DNA of 32,000 nt, taken from assembly GCA_026625185.1 (NCBI GenBank), contig CP113000.1, positions 1,875,622 through 1,907,621 on the forward strand. Direction: 5' to 3'. Of this stretch, positions 1 through 9,472 are shown one piece after another. The DNA comes from Thermodesulfobacteriota bacterium. GTDB taxonomy: Bacteria; Desulfobacterota; WTBG01; JAGOGO01. The stretch's first letter is position 1. The number at the start of each line of letters is the position of its first letter. The position numbers and the translations under genes were made by a program. The notes below the pieces were generated by a model that saw only the letters and a program-made list of their open reading frames with translations, did not search any database and was not told the origin of the DNA.

Positions 1-903
1 GGCAGCGCCTATGTCAATGACTTCATTCAGGGCGGACGGGTCAAGCGGGTCTACGTTCAAGCCGACGCATCCCACCGCATGCTGCCCGGCGACCTCGAGC
101 GGCTCTACGTTCGCAATAACGCGGGAACGATGACCCCGTTTTCCTCTTTTGCCAGCGGCCACTGGTTCTACGGGGCGCCGTTGCTGCAGCGTTACAACGC
201 CTTTCCATCGATTAACATTTGGGGCGAGCCGTCGCTAGGGAAGAGCTCAGGGGAAGCGATGCAGGCCATGGAGGAGATTGTCTCAACGTTGCCAAAGGGC
301 ATCGGTTTTGACTGGACCGGAATTTCCTACCAGGAGCGGATGGCAAAGGCCCAGGCGGCTCCCCTTTACGCCTTTTCCGTGATCGTGATTTTTCTCTGCC
401 TGGCTGCTCTTTATGAAAGCTGGACCGTTCCTATTTCAATCATGCTGGCATTGCCGCTGGGAGTCATTGGCGGCGTGCTGGCCACATCACTGCGGGGATT
501 GCCCAATGATGTGTATTTCCAGATAGGACTCCTGACGGTTTTGGGACTGACCACCAAGAACGCGATTTTGATCGTTCAGTTCGCCATAGTCCGAGTTCAT
601 GATGGAATGGGGTTGATCGAGGCTACCCTCGAAGGGGCAAAGTTGAGGTTTCGCCCGATTGTCATGACCTCGCTCGCGTTCGGCTTCGGCGTTCTTCCTT
701 TGGCGCTGGCCACCGGAGCAGGCGCCGGAGCGCAAAAAGCAATCGGAACCGGCGTCCTGGGTGGGATGATTACCGCCACCTTCCTGGCGATTTTCTTCAT
801 CCCCCTCTTTTATGTTGGGGTAGTTCACATTTTTGGAAAGAAGAAAGGGGCTCGAACGGAAGCTACCCCTCCCGAGACCGTGTATCCTTCGGAGGGTGAG
901 TGA
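1..903 (+). CDS. RND (AcrB/MexB-type) efflux permease, C-terminal ~300 aa; 5' end lies outside the window
   Basis: Frame 1 is open from base 1 ([22 protein letters not shown] precedes the listed Met at 79). C-terminal TM bundle typical of the AcrB family ([43 protein letters not shown]). Stop TGA at 901-903. An outer-membrane factor gene starts 1 nt later. Confidence 0.9.
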   Translation, partial: GSAYVNDFIQGGRVKRVYVQADASHRMLPGDLERLYVRNNAGTMTPFSSFASGHWFYGAPLLQRYNAFPSINIWGEPSLGKSSGEAMQAMEEIVSTLPKGIGFDWTGISYQERMAKAQAAPLYAFSVIVIFLCLAALYESWTVPISIMLALPLGVIGGVLATSLRGLPNDVYFQIGLLTVLGLTTKNAILIVQFAIVRVHDGMGLIEATLEGAKLRFRPIVMTSLAFGFGVLPLALATGAGAGAQKAIGTGVLGGMITATFLAIFFIPLFYVGVVHIFGKKKGARTEATPPETVYPSEGE

Positions 904-904
904 C

Positions 905-2311
905 ATGATAAGGAAGTTGTTTTCACTTTTGGCAACGACCGTTCTTATTTCCGGTTGCACCTTGATTCCGAAATACACCCGGCCTGAAGCCCCGATTCCT
1001 GATGCCTGGCCGAGTGGCACAGCTTACAAAGAGAATTTCTCTACTTCTGAAGGTAAACTTCCGGAAGATATAAAATGGCAGGTTTTCTTTATTGATGAGC
1101 GGCTGAAAGAAGTAATCGGTATGGCATTAAAAAATAACCGTGACTTACGGGTTGCTGGCTTGAATATTGAAAAAGCGCGGGCGCTTTACCGTATTCAGCG
1201 GGCGGAACTTTTCCCTACCATAGATGCCGTTGGAAGTGTGTATAAAGAACGAATTCCTGCAAATATTACGGGTACCGGCCATACAATGACGGTGGAAGAA
1301 GACGGCCTAAACCTTGGTATCAGTTCATGGGAGCTTGATTTTTTCGGTCGCATCCGAAGCCTGAAAAAGAAGGCACTGGAAGAATACCTGGCTACCGAGC
1401 AGGCCCGCCGGAGTGCCCAGATCTCGCTGGTGACCGAAGTTGCCGGTGCCTATCTTACTCTGGCCGCGGATCGGGAAAGTTTGAAATTGACTGAGGCCAC
1501 TCTTGATGTTCAGCAAGCTTCGTACGATCTGGTCCGACTCCGTTATGAGGTGGGTCTTGTTTCGGAGCTTGACCTTCGGCAAGCGCAAACGCGGGTGGAT
1601 GCCGCCAAGGTGGATAAGGCGCTTTTCATTCGGCTGGCGGCGCAGGATGAAAACGCTCTCAACCTTTTGGTCGGCTCTTCTGTGCCGGCGGAGCTTTTGC
1701 CCGGCGACCTGGAAACAGTACAATCTACCAAGTATTTTTCTTCCGGCATATCCTCGGAGGTGCTCCTGAAACGTCCGGATATTCTTCAGGCTGAAAATTT
1801 GCTTAAGGCCGCCAATGCTAATATCGGAGCTGCGCGGGCAGCGTTATTTCCCCGCATTTCTTTGACTGCGGCGGCAGGAACCGCGAGCAACGATCTGTCG
1901 GGGCTTTTTAAGGCCGGTTCCGGTGCCTGGAGTTACGCGCCGCAAATAATTATGCCGATTTTTGATTCCCGTTTGTGGTGGGCGGTAAAAGCGGTAAAAG
2001 CGGACCGGGAGATCGTTCTTACCCAATACGAGAAGGCAATTCAAACCGCATTCCGTGAGGTTGCTGATTCCCTGGCGGTGAGTGGAACGGTGGATGAACA
2101 GCTCTTAGCTCAGCAATCTTTGGTTGATGCCTCAGCCGAAACGTACCGTCTTGCCACTGCCCGCTATTTAAAAGGAATTGATAGCTACCTCTCTGTCCTC
2201 GATGCCCAGCGCTCCCTCTATGTGGCACAGTTGAGGCTTATTGTTATCCGCCTGACGAAGATCAGCAATCAGGTAAAGCTTTACGCGGTATTGGGTGGCG
2301 GCAGTGAGTGA
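905..2311 (+). CDS. Outer-membrane factor lipoprotein, NodT/OprM family
   Basis: ATG at 905 gives MIRKLFSLLATTVLISGC (signal peptide plus lipobox ISGC). The listed ORF start at 833 overlaps the pump gene and is unlikely. Two OEP-type repeats are present (RDLRVAGLNIEKARALYRIQRAELFP; RPDILQAENLLKAANANIGAARAALFPRISL). Tightly coupled to the upstream RND gene. Confidence 0.9.
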   Translation: MIRKLFSLLATTVLISGCTLIPKYTRPEAPIPDAWPSGTAYKENFSTSEGKLPEDIKWQVFFIDERLKEVIGMALKNNRDLRVAGLNIEKARALYRIQRAELFPTIDAVGSVYKERIPANITGTGHTMTVEEDGLNLGISSWELDFFGRIRSLKKKALEEYLATEQARRSAQISLVTEVAGAYLTLAADRESLKLTEATLDVQQASYDLVRLRYEVGLVSELDLRQAQTRVDAAKVDKALFIRLAAQDENALNLLVGSSVPAELLPGDLETVQSTKYFSSGISSEVLLKRPDILQAENLLKAANANIGAARAALFPRISLTAAAGTASNDLSGLFKAGSGAWSYAPQIIMPIFDSRLWWAVKAVKADREIVLTQYEKAIQTAFREVADSLAVSGTVDEQLLAQQSLVDASAETYRLATARYLKGIDSYLSVLDAQRSLYVAQLRLIVIRLTKISNQVKLYAVLGGGSE

Positions 2312-2455
2312 ACCCCGTTAGAAAAATTTCACACCGGGCATTCATCCCGTTAGAAAATTCTCTAATAGGATTTACCACAGGTGAAATAAGTGTAAAAATT
2401 TTTAAGTTTACCCCATGCTTATTCACCTGGTTGGCTATTTGATATCTAACGGGGT
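2312..2455. repeat. 144-bp element with nested inverted repeats at the GC-rich/AT-rich boundary
   Basis: Outer perfect 11-bp IR: ACCCCGTTAGA (2312-2322) and TCTAACGGGGT (2445-2455). Inner IR: CAGGTGAAATAAG (2378-2390) and CTTATTCACCTG (2418-2429), 12 bp with a 1-nt bulge. An extra direct copy of CCCGTTAGAAAA occurs at 2346-2357 (first copy at 2314-2325). Confidence 0.55.
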
Positions 2456-2593
2456 AAACCATGCCAAAGTGTATTTGAAAAGCATTTTTGTGTTTCCCGG
2501 TACGATTTAGATTAAGGAAGAGAGAGTTCCTGTAAACAGAAAAAAACAGTTTATCTAAACATTATGGTGAGAGACTTACCGTCTGATAAGTGC

Positions 2594-2623
2594 TTGACTT
2601 TTACACTAATTTCTCAATAGAAT
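2594..2623 (+). promoter_or_regulatory. Candidate sigma-70 promoter for the XRE-cupin gene
   Basis: TTGACT (2594-2599), 18-nt spacer, TAGAAT (2618-2623), about 65 nt upstream of ATG 2689, which has SD GGAGGG. Confidence 0.35.
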
Positions 2624-2688
2624 ACGGACACCAGAAAAGATATAATTTACAAAATAATTTTTACACCTCATTATTAACCGGAGGGATT

Positions 2689-3231
2689 ATGATCTTAGGC
2701 GAAAAGCTGAAAATTATCAGGACTGCAAGAGCCTTAAGCCTCGATGACTTAGCGAAAAAAACGAATCTTACCCGGAGTTTTCTCTACCAAATAGAAAAAA
2801 AATAAAACCTCTTCCTCGATTAGTTCTCTTATTAGACTTGCAGCTGCCCTGGAAGTAAGTATGGGGGATCTTTTTTGGAAGAAAATAATAGGGAAAACTA
2901 TATTAATCATGAGAACGAAAGGGAAACCCATGTGGTTGAAAAGGCTAAGGTAAGGGTTGCGTTGTTAGCTCCCCGGAAAAAAGAAATAAAATTCGAGCCG
3001 ATGTTAGTCCATTTCGGAATTGGAGGAAAGACGGATTTGATTTCTGCCGGAGGAGTTCTTTTTTGTTTGGTTTTGCAGGGCAAAGTAGAATTGACGGTTG
3101 GAGGGGAAGTGCACGTTTTGACCAAAGAGGATAGTATTTATCTGGATTCACCGCCTGAAAATATTTGGAAAAATATCGGAAAAACCGAGGTAATATCGTT
3201 TGCGGTGGGTATTCCACCAATGAGGTTGTAA
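2689..3231 (+). pseudogene. XRE-family HTH plus cupin transcriptional regulator, disrupted by two compensating frameshifts
   Basis: Frame 1 gives MILGEKLKIIRTARALSLDDLAKKTNLTRSFLYQIEKK, then stops. The HTH continues in frame 2 (NKTSSSISSLIRLAAALEVSMGDLFW). The cupin part resumes in frame 1 (EENNRENY...VLFCLVLQGKVELTVGGEVHVLTKEDSIYLDS). Breaks sit in the A8 run at 2795-2802 and the T6 run at 2871-2876. Confidence 0.7.
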
Positions 3232-3281
3232 AAAAAGGTTTGTAAGGCAATGAGTCAACAAAAAAAATTTGGGGAGCAGCC

Positions 3282-4931
3282 GTGAAGATCCAAAGAAAAA
3301 CTCATGCAGGTATAATTTTATGTATTTTTTGGCTATATCTTTCTCTTTCTTCTTCTTTTGCTGAGGAAATAAAAAAAGACAGGGCCGTGCCGGTCAATAC
3401 TATGATCACCTCTGAGGGTCTGAACCAAAATAGCAAAGACGATACTATTCCGCTTCCTTTAAAACATGCTTTAGAGATTGCGCTCCAGAATAATCTCAAC
3501 CTTCAAATTGAAAAAATTAATATTCCTGTCTCTGCACAGGAGATTATTGTAAATAAAGCTCGGTTCGATCCTTCTCTTTTTGGAGAAGCCTATAATCGGA
3601 GGTATGAGTATCAAACCAGTTACGCTTTGACTGGGGCCCCCCTTTTTAAGGAAAATGAACAGGCCGGGAAGGTGGGCATCCGCAAACTCTTTTCCACTGG
3701 TCTGGAAGCTGAATCTTATTATAAAGCGTCCCGTTACCGGGATAATTCTGACTATGAAGGCTTAGACCCTCAATACAAAAATTTACTGATTCTTTCCCTG
3801 CGCCAGCCTTTGCTCCAGGACTTTGGGCCCTCAGTGAACACCACAAATATCAAAGTAGCAGAGAACAATTTTAAAATAAAAGAAAGCTCTTTTTTGTTGC
3901 AGGTAGTAAATACTATTAACCAGGTGGAGCGAACCTACCATGATCTTTCGGGCGCTCTTGAGACGTTGGATTTGCGTAACGAGTCCCTGCGGTTGGCGGA
4001 AAAACTTTTTGCCGACAACCAAAAGCGTTTTAATGCGGGGCTTACCCATGTTGGTGAGGTACAAGAGGCAGAGACCGCTATCGCTTCGCGGCAAGAGCTG
4101 GTGATAGCCGCCAGCCAAACGGTAAAAGATGTAACCAATATCTTAAAAAATATATTGCAAATCCAGCCGGGTTCTCCCCTCTATCCAGTCAGTTTCCAAA
4201 CCGAAGGGTTGTTGTTCACTGAAGAAAGAATACCTTCATATGAAGAGTCTTTTTCACAGGCTTTGAACAATCGTCCGGATTACTCCCAGAAAAAAATCGC
4301 TTTGGAGAGTAAAGATATTATCGTGAAATTTAGTAAAAATCAGCTGTTGCCGAGATTGGATTTAATCGGAACCTTCGGATTAAACGGGTTGAGCGGAGAA
4401 GCACATCCGTTGACTTTTGAAGGGGTGACGGCAGTCAATCCCTATGGAGGAAATTTTGGTGACTCCTGGGAAGGGTTCCGACATGCTGATGGGTACGAGT
4501 GGAACGTAGGGTTAACCATAGATTTTCCCCTCGGTAAACGGGCTGACTCCGCCCGTTATCAACAGGCAAAGCTTTTTAAAGAGCAGGCTATTTTAGATCT
4601 AAAAAACCTGGAAGATACAATAGACCTGGAAATAAAGGTTGCTTTAGAAAACATTAAGGATAGCCAGGACCGGATCAATGTGGCGGAGCGATTTGTTGAT
4701 TTAGCGGACAAAACACTACGCCAAGAGGAAGAACGGATGAAGGCCGGTCTTTCTGATACCTTCCGAATCCTGATTTTCCAGGTTGATCTTATTAATGCCA
4801 AAATCAGGAAGGTTCAAGCATTGGTAGATTACCAAAAGGCATTAGCCCAACTATATCGGTCCACGGGGACAAATACTAAGCGGTATGACATGGTAGTTAA
4901 TTACCCCGATGCGTCCAGGCCTGTTCCATAA
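3282..4931 (+). CDS. TolC-like outer-membrane efflux protein (OEP family)
   Basis: GTG start after GGGGAG. N-terminal signal peptide (ILCIFWLYLSLSSSFAEE). Two OEP repeats (LKHALEIALQNNLNLQIEKINI; FSQALNNRPDYSQKKIALESKDI). Followed by an adaptor gene. Confidence 0.85.
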   Translation: MKIQRKTHAGIILCIFWLYLSLSSSFAEEIKKDRAVPVNTMITSEGLNQNSKDDTIPLPLKHALEIALQNNLNLQIEKINIPVSAQEIIVNKARFDPSLFGEAYNRRYEYQTSYALTGAPLFKENEQAGKVGIRKLFSTGLEAESYYKASRYRDNSDYEGLDPQYKNLLILSLRQPLLQDFGPSVNTTNIKVAENNFKIKESSFLLQVVNTINQVERTYHDLSGALETLDLRNESLRLAEKLFADNQKRFNAGLTHVGEVQEAETAIASRQELVIAASQTVKDVTNILKNILQIQPGSPLYPVSFQTEGLLFTEERIPSYEESFSQALNNRPDYSQKKIALESKDIIVKFSKNQLLPRLDLIGTFGLNGLSGEAHPLTFEGVTAVNPYGGNFGDSWEGFRHADGYEWNVGLTIDFPLGKRADSARYQQAKLFKEQAILDLKNLEDTIDLEIKVALENIKDSQDRINVAERFVDLADKTLRQEEERMKAGLSDTFRILIFQVDLINAKIRKVQALVDYQKALAQLYRSTGTNTKRYDMVVNYPDASRPVP

Positions 4932-4942
4932 CTTTTAAATGA

Positions 4943-6079
4943 ATGGTGTCAAAACTTTTAGGCATTATTTTTAAAGACGAGGTGAATAAGGTGAAAAGAA
5001 GCTATAAGAGAACTCTCATGGCTTTATTAGTAATACCTTTCCTTATTGGGAGCTGTGAAAAAAAAGAGACGACAAATCACGATGAAACAATTCCGGTCAC
5101 CATCGGAAAAGTTACCTTAAAGGATCTTTCCTATACCCTTCAACGCGTGGGAAGTTTAGAAGCAAAGGAGTCTGTTATGCTGAAAGCAGAAGCAGAGGGA
5201 AGCATAACGGGAATATTTTTTGAGGAGGGGGGGTTGGTTAAGGAAGGCCAGGTTTTGGTTACGCTGGATAATGCGAAAATCAAAGCCACCATGGCCCAGT
5301 TGGACGCACGCCTTCGCCAGATGGAGGTTCAGTTAGCCAACAGTGAAAGAACTCTTCAAAGAAAGGAGCCCTTAGTCAAAGAGGATCTGGTTTCTAAGCA
5401 GGATATTGATGACCTTCGGTCAAAAATTGAGATTGAAAAGGCTACCCTTAAAGAGATTAAGGCCCAACGTGCCCATAACCAAGAACTCCTCGATGATACG
5501 GAGGTACGTGCACCTTTTGCGGGCACTGTTTCCGAGCGGAAGATTTCCGTGGGCGATTTTTTGCGAATCGGAGATCCGGTGGTGCAGCTGGTACAGTTAA
5601 ATCCTTTAGAGGTTGCTTTTCGGGTAGATGAAAAATATAAAACCAACCTTTATCCACAACAGCCGGTGACGCTTACGGTTTCCGCCTACCCCGGGAAAAA
5701 ATTCCAAGGGGAAGTTTATTTTATTTCTCCTGATATTGATATCGCAACCCGCACTTTTTTAGTGAAGAGTCTCATCGCGAATGAAACAAATGACCTCAAT
5801 CCGGGAATGTTCGCACAAGTAACCTTGGTTACCGAAGTCCACAAAAATGCCTTGATGGTTCCGTGGGAGAGCGTGATTCAGCTTGAAAATGAAACCTATC
5901 TCTACGTGGTGAATACAACAACCGTAAAAAAAGTTCCGGTAAAACTGGGACTGGTGTCAGGAGCATTAGCGGAAGTTTCTGGCAGCCTTAAGGCAGGACA
6001 ATCGGTTATCCGGGAAGGCAAATATGCGCTTCACGATGGTTCCAAAGTAAGAATTGTTGCCGGAGCCCAAAAATCTTAA
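4943..6079 (+). CDS. Efflux periplasmic adaptor (membrane-fusion protein, HlyD/AcrA family), probably a lipoprotein
   Basis: Lipobox LIGSC. Alpha-hairpin and beta-barrel motifs (TEVRAPFAGTVSERKISVGDF; GMFAQVTLV). The likely real start is GTG 4991 (VKRSYKRTLMALLVIPFLIGSC), preceded by GAGGTG. No pump gene follows directly. Confidence 0.85.
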   Translation: MVSKLLGIIFKDEVNKVKRSYKRTLMALLVIPFLIGSCEKKETTNHDETIPVTIGKVTLKDLSYTLQRVGSLEAKESVMLKAEAEGSITGIFFEEGGLVKEGQVLVTLDNAKIKATMAQLDARLRQMEVQLANSERTLQRKEPLVKEDLVSKQDIDDLRSKIEIEKATLKEIKAQRAHNQELLDDTEVRAPFAGTVSERKISVGDFLRIGDPVVQLVQLNPLEVAFRVDEKYKTNLYPQQPVTLTVSAYPGKKFQGEVYFISPDIDIATRTFLVKSLIANETNDLNPGMFAQVTLVTEVHKNALMVPWESVIQLENETYLYVVNTTTVKKVPVKLGLVSGALAEVSGSLKAGQSVIREGKYALHDGSKVRIVAGAQKS

Positions 6080-6324
6080 CTTTTCGTAGTTATTGTTAAA
6101 ATGAAAACCGGGCACAAGAGATAACACAGCACATTATAATTGATTTTTTTGTAACTTTTTTAAATTGGCCTACAACTATCATTATTGATATTTAAAAGTG
6201 TGAAAGGGGAAGTTCGCAAATGAAAGCACGAGAATCATTAACACTTAGAACCATCAGTTTATAACCAGTCTTAAAAAAATTTATAAGATGCTTAAAATAA
6301 AAGATTCAAATTGAGGCGTTAGAC

Positions 6325-7629
6325 GTGAAAATACTCATGCGCTTAATTTTATGTTTAATTTTAACCGTATCGTGTAAAGCAAGGGCAGAAGAAATAATTA
6401 AAAAGGATGAATTGCTTAATCTGGGGCGATGCATAGAAATAGCCATTAAAAAACAGCCCGACATTATGGCCGCCTTCTATAACGTGGACGCGAGCAAAAG
6501 CAGGGTTGGCCAAGCAAAAGCAAATTACTATCCCCAAGTAAACTCGAACTATAACTACAGCCGAATTTCTCCTATTACCACGTCCGGAGGGGGAAATTCA
6601 TCGTCTGCGGGTAATGACTATAATCAATACTCCTCCGCCATTACCCTCAGTCAGGATATCTTTGATTTTAGAAAAACAAGTACCCAGGTAGCTATCCAAA
6701 AATTAAATCTTGATTCATCCAGATTGGAGCTTGAAGATACGATTGAATTAATAATTTTAAATGTCAAAGAGTCTTACTATGGATTATTAAAGGCGCAAAG
6801 GAACAGGGATGTGGGGGAGGAGACCGTCAAACAATACCAGCAACATCTTGAACAGGCGAAAGGGTTTTATAAAGTCGGTACTAAGCCAAAATTTGATGTC
6901 ATCAAGGCAGAGGTTGATCTCAGTAATGCGAAACTGAGTCTCATACAGTTGGAAAACACTTTCCAAATAGCGAAGGTAACTCTCAACAACGCCCTGGGCG
7001 TTCCAAAGGCACCTGAATATAGTATTGAAGATAACCTGTCATTTCAGAAATATGAAGCTGCCTTGGAAGATTCGATAGAAAAGGCATATAAAAACCGACC
7101 GGACCTTCAATCAATAATTGCGAAGAAAAGGGCGGCTAAGGAGTCAATTGAGCTTTCCAAGAAAGGTTACTATCCTATTTTAACAGGTAATGCTGCCTAT
7201 AACTGGTTAGGAGATGAATACCCCATGGGGCATGGCTGGAATGCGGGCGTGGGGGTTTCATTCCCAATCTTCAGCGGTTTTTTGACAAAATACCAGGTGG
7301 ATGAATCCAAGGCAAACTTTTATGTATTACAGAACAATGAAGAATCATTAAAACAGACGATACTCTTAGAAGTGCAGCAATCGTTTTTAACTATGCGGGC
7401 CGCCGAGGAGGCTATTCCCACTGCGGAAATTGCCGTAAAACAGGCAGAGGAAAACCTCCGGATCGCAAACGGCAGATACGCGGTTGGCGTTGGGAATCCT
7501 CTTGAGGTTACTGATGCCGAGGTAGCAATGAGTAATGCAAAAACGAACTATAACCAAGCGCTTTATGTTTATAAAGTTGCTATCGCAAGCCTCGAAAAGG
7601 CAGTTGGTATAAGGAGTGAAGGAAAATGA
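6325..7629 (+). CDS. TolC-family outer-membrane efflux protein
   Basis: GTG start and signal peptide (LILCLILTVSCKARAEE). OEP repeats (LGRCIEIAIKKQPDIMAA; IEKAYKNRPDLQSIIAKKRAAKESIEL). The stop overlaps the next start (ATGA at 7626-7629). Confidence 0.85.
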   Translation: MKILMRLILCLILTVSCKARAEEIIKKDELLNLGRCIEIAIKKQPDIMAAFYNVDASKSRVGQAKANYYPQVNSNYNYSRISPITTSGGGNSSSAGNDYNQYSSAITLSQDIFDFRKTSTQVAIQKLNLDSSRLELEDTIELIILNVKESYYGLLKAQRNRDVGEETVKQYQQHLEQAKGFYKVGTKPKFDVIKAEVDLSNAKLSLIQLENTFQIAKVTLNNALGVPKAPEYSIEDNLSFQKYEAALEDSIEKAYKNRPDLQSIIAKKRAAKESIELSKKGYYPILTGNAAYNWLGDEYPMGHGWNAGVGVSFPIFSGFLTKYQVDESKANFYVLQNNEESLKQTILLEVQQSFLTMRAAEEAIPTAEIAVKQAEENLRIANGRYAVGVGNPLEVTDAEVAMSNAKTNYNQALYVYKVAIASLEKAVGIRSEGK

Positions 7630-8783
7630 AAAAGATAGTTATCGGCAGTTTCATTGTTATAGTCTTTGGAATTGGTTCTTTCTTTTTGATCAAGCATAAC
7701 GGGAATGTGTTGCCGTACAAGGTTGAAAAAATAATGAGAGGTGAAATAGTATCTTCAGTTACCGCAACCGGCACTGTTAATGCGGTAACAACAGTTCTTG
7801 TAGGAACTCAAGTATCAGGGACGATCAAAACTCTCTATGTTGATTTTAATTCTCCGGTAAAAAAAAATCAGCTGATAGCCCAGATAGATCCTGCCACCTT
7901 CGAGGCGCAAGTCGAACAGGCGAAAGCGAACTTGTTTTCAGCCAAAGCAAATCTGGATAAATCAGAGGCAACAGTTATAGATGCAAAAAGAACGATGGAG
8001 AGAAACAGAGAACTTGTGTCGGAGAACCTCATTGCGCAAAGCGATTTTGATACCGCAGAAACCAATTACGAAACTGCAAAAGCTTCGGTTAGCGCAGCAA
8101 AGGCCCAGATTGCCCAAACCGAGGCAGCCTTAAAATTTGCTGAGACGAACCTTCAGTACTCGAAAATTTTATCTCCAGTGGATGGCGTTGTCATCTCGAG
8201 AAGTGTGGATGTCGGGCAGACGGTAGCCGCGAGTTTTCAGACCCCGACCTTGTTTACGATCGCCCAGGATCTTACTAAAATGCAAATCGATACCAATGTC
8301 GATGAAGCGGATATAGGTAAGATCAACGTTGGACAGAATGTTGATTTTACCGTAGACGCCTATCCTGAAATTACTTTTAAGGGTACCGTATGGCAAATTA
8401 GAAATGCTCCGATAATTGTCCAGAATGTTGTTACTTATGATGTGGTGATAAAGGTGGAAAACCCTGAGCTTAAGCTTAAGCCGGGGATGACCGCCAATGT
8501 ATCAATAATAACATCCTTTAAAAAAGATATTCTGAAGATACCGAATGCTGCTTTGCGGTTTATGCCCTCGGAGGAAGAAAAAATTACGATTGATAAAAAA
8601 GGAACGGGAATCTGGATCATTCAAAAAGGCAAACCCAAACGCATCCCGATTGTAACCGGCATAAGCGACGGAAATTATACCGAAGTTACTTCCGGTGCAG
8701 TAAAGGAAAGCCAGGAGGTGATAATAGAATCCCTTAACAACAAAAAAGAACAACCGGCACCTCATGGTCCAAGGTTCTTCTAA
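7626..8783 (+). CDS. MacA-like periplasmic adaptor (HlyD family) of an ABC-type efflux system
   Basis: N-terminal TM anchor. Lipoyl-like, coiled-coil and barrel segments (LVGTQVSGTIKTLYVDFNSPVKKNQLIAQIDP; ILSPVDGVVISRSVDVGQTV). Translationally coupled to flanking genes. Confidence 0.85.
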   Translation: MKKIVIGSFIVIVFGIGSFFLIKHNGNVLPYKVEKIMRGEIVSSVTATGTVNAVTTVLVGTQVSGTIKTLYVDFNSPVKKNQLIAQIDPATFEAQVEQAKANLFSAKANLDKSEATVIDAKRTMERNRELVSENLIAQSDFDTAETNYETAKASVSAAKAQIAQTEAALKFAETNLQYSKILSPVDGVVISRSVDVGQTVAASFQTPTLFTIAQDLTKMQIDTNVDEADIGKINVGQNVDFTVDAYPEITFKGTVWQIRNAPIIVQNVVTYDVVIKVENPELKLKPGMTANVSIITSFKKDILKIPNAALRFMPSEEEKITIDKKGTGIWIIQKGKPKRIPIVTGISDGNYTEVTSGAVKESQEVIIESLNNKKEQPAPHGPRFF

Positions 8784-8784
8784 T

Positions 8785-9465
8785 ATGTCACTTATTCAAG
8801 TTCGTGAGCTTACCAAGATTTACCGGCTGGGTGATATTGACGTACGCGCTCTAAATAATGTGTCAGTAACAGTGGAACAAGGCGAATCGGTTGCCATTAT
8901 GGGGCCATCAGGCTCCGGCAAATCAACTTTTATGCATATTTTAGGATGCCTTGATACCCCGACCAGCGGCCGGTATTTTTTGGAAGATGAAGATATCGGT
9001 TATCTCGGCAGGGACGAGCTTGCACGTATCAGGAATCAAAAAATAGGCTTTGTTTTTCAGGGGTTCAACCTGCTTCCCCGGACATCCGCCCTTGAAAATG
9101 TCGAACTCCCGATGTTGTACAATGGAATTTCATCGAGAGAAAGAAGAGAACGGGCCATGATGGCCCTCAAGGAGGTCGGTCTGGAAGACCGATGGGATCA
9201 TCAACCCAATCAGCTTTCCGGAGGGCAGCAGCAAAGGGTTGCTTTAGCCAGAGCGCTGGTGAATAAAGCGCCTCTCATCCTTGCCGATGAACCTACCGGC
9301 AACCTCGACACCAAAACAAGCGCGGAGATTATGGAGATTTTTGTAAAATTGAACAGTGAATCAAATATTACCGTTATACTTGTTACCCATGAGCCTGCTA
9401 TAGCAGCGTATAGCAGGCGGACAATAAAATTTCTGGATGGTTTCATTGTTGGTGACACCCGGTAA
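8785..9465 (+). CDS. ABC transporter ATP-binding protein (MacB/LolD-type)
   Basis: Walker A GPSGSGKST, signature LSGGQQQRVALARAL, Walker B LILADEPTGNLD, H-loop VTHE. Start taken as ATG 8785 (MSLIQVRELTKIY), 2 nt after the previous stop, rather than the overlapping 8764. Confidence 0.92.
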   Translation: MSLIQVRELTKIYRLGDIDVRALNNVSVTVEQGESVAIMGPSGSGKSTFMHILGCLDTPTSGRYFLEDEDIGYLGRDELARIRNQKIGFVFQGFNLLPRTSALENVELPMLYNGISSRERRERAMMALKEVGLEDRWDHQPNQLSGGQQQRVALARALVNKAPLILADEPTGNLDTKTSAEIMEIFVKLNSESNITVILVTHEPAIAAYSRRTIKFLDGFIVGDTR

Positions 9466-9472
9466 TAAGATT

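Noticed and set aside
487-1020. Antisense ORFs (487-1020 and 597-800, minus) inside the RND/OMF genes, and similar antisense ORFs throughout (e.g. 1325-1723, 9361-9720, 17825-18103)
   Set aside because: They lie opposite strongly supported genes, have biased or low-complexity composition (Arg/Ser/Pro-rich), and lack family motifs and ribosome-binding sites. These are typical shadow ORFs.
2262-2462. 66-aa minus-strand ORF spanning the OMF stop and the inverted-repeat element
   Set aside because: It overlaps the 3' end of a real gene and is composed of the translated repeat copies (EFSNG / IFLTG). No SD. It is better explained as a non-coding repeat.
5650-5658. Perfect DnaA-box-like TTATCCACA
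   Set aside because: It is a single copy inside the adaptor-protein CDS, with no clustered boxes or adjacent AT-rich unwinding element. A 9-mer occurrence like this can arise by chance.
8764-9472. Upstream in-frame starts listed for the ABC ATPase (8764), the permease (9437), clpB (16656, TTG), mobB (15768) and the HAD gene (23628)
   Set aside because: Each adds residues that overlap the preceding gene or precede the conserved N-terminus. Downstream ATGs fit family N-termini and, where visible, SD spacing better.
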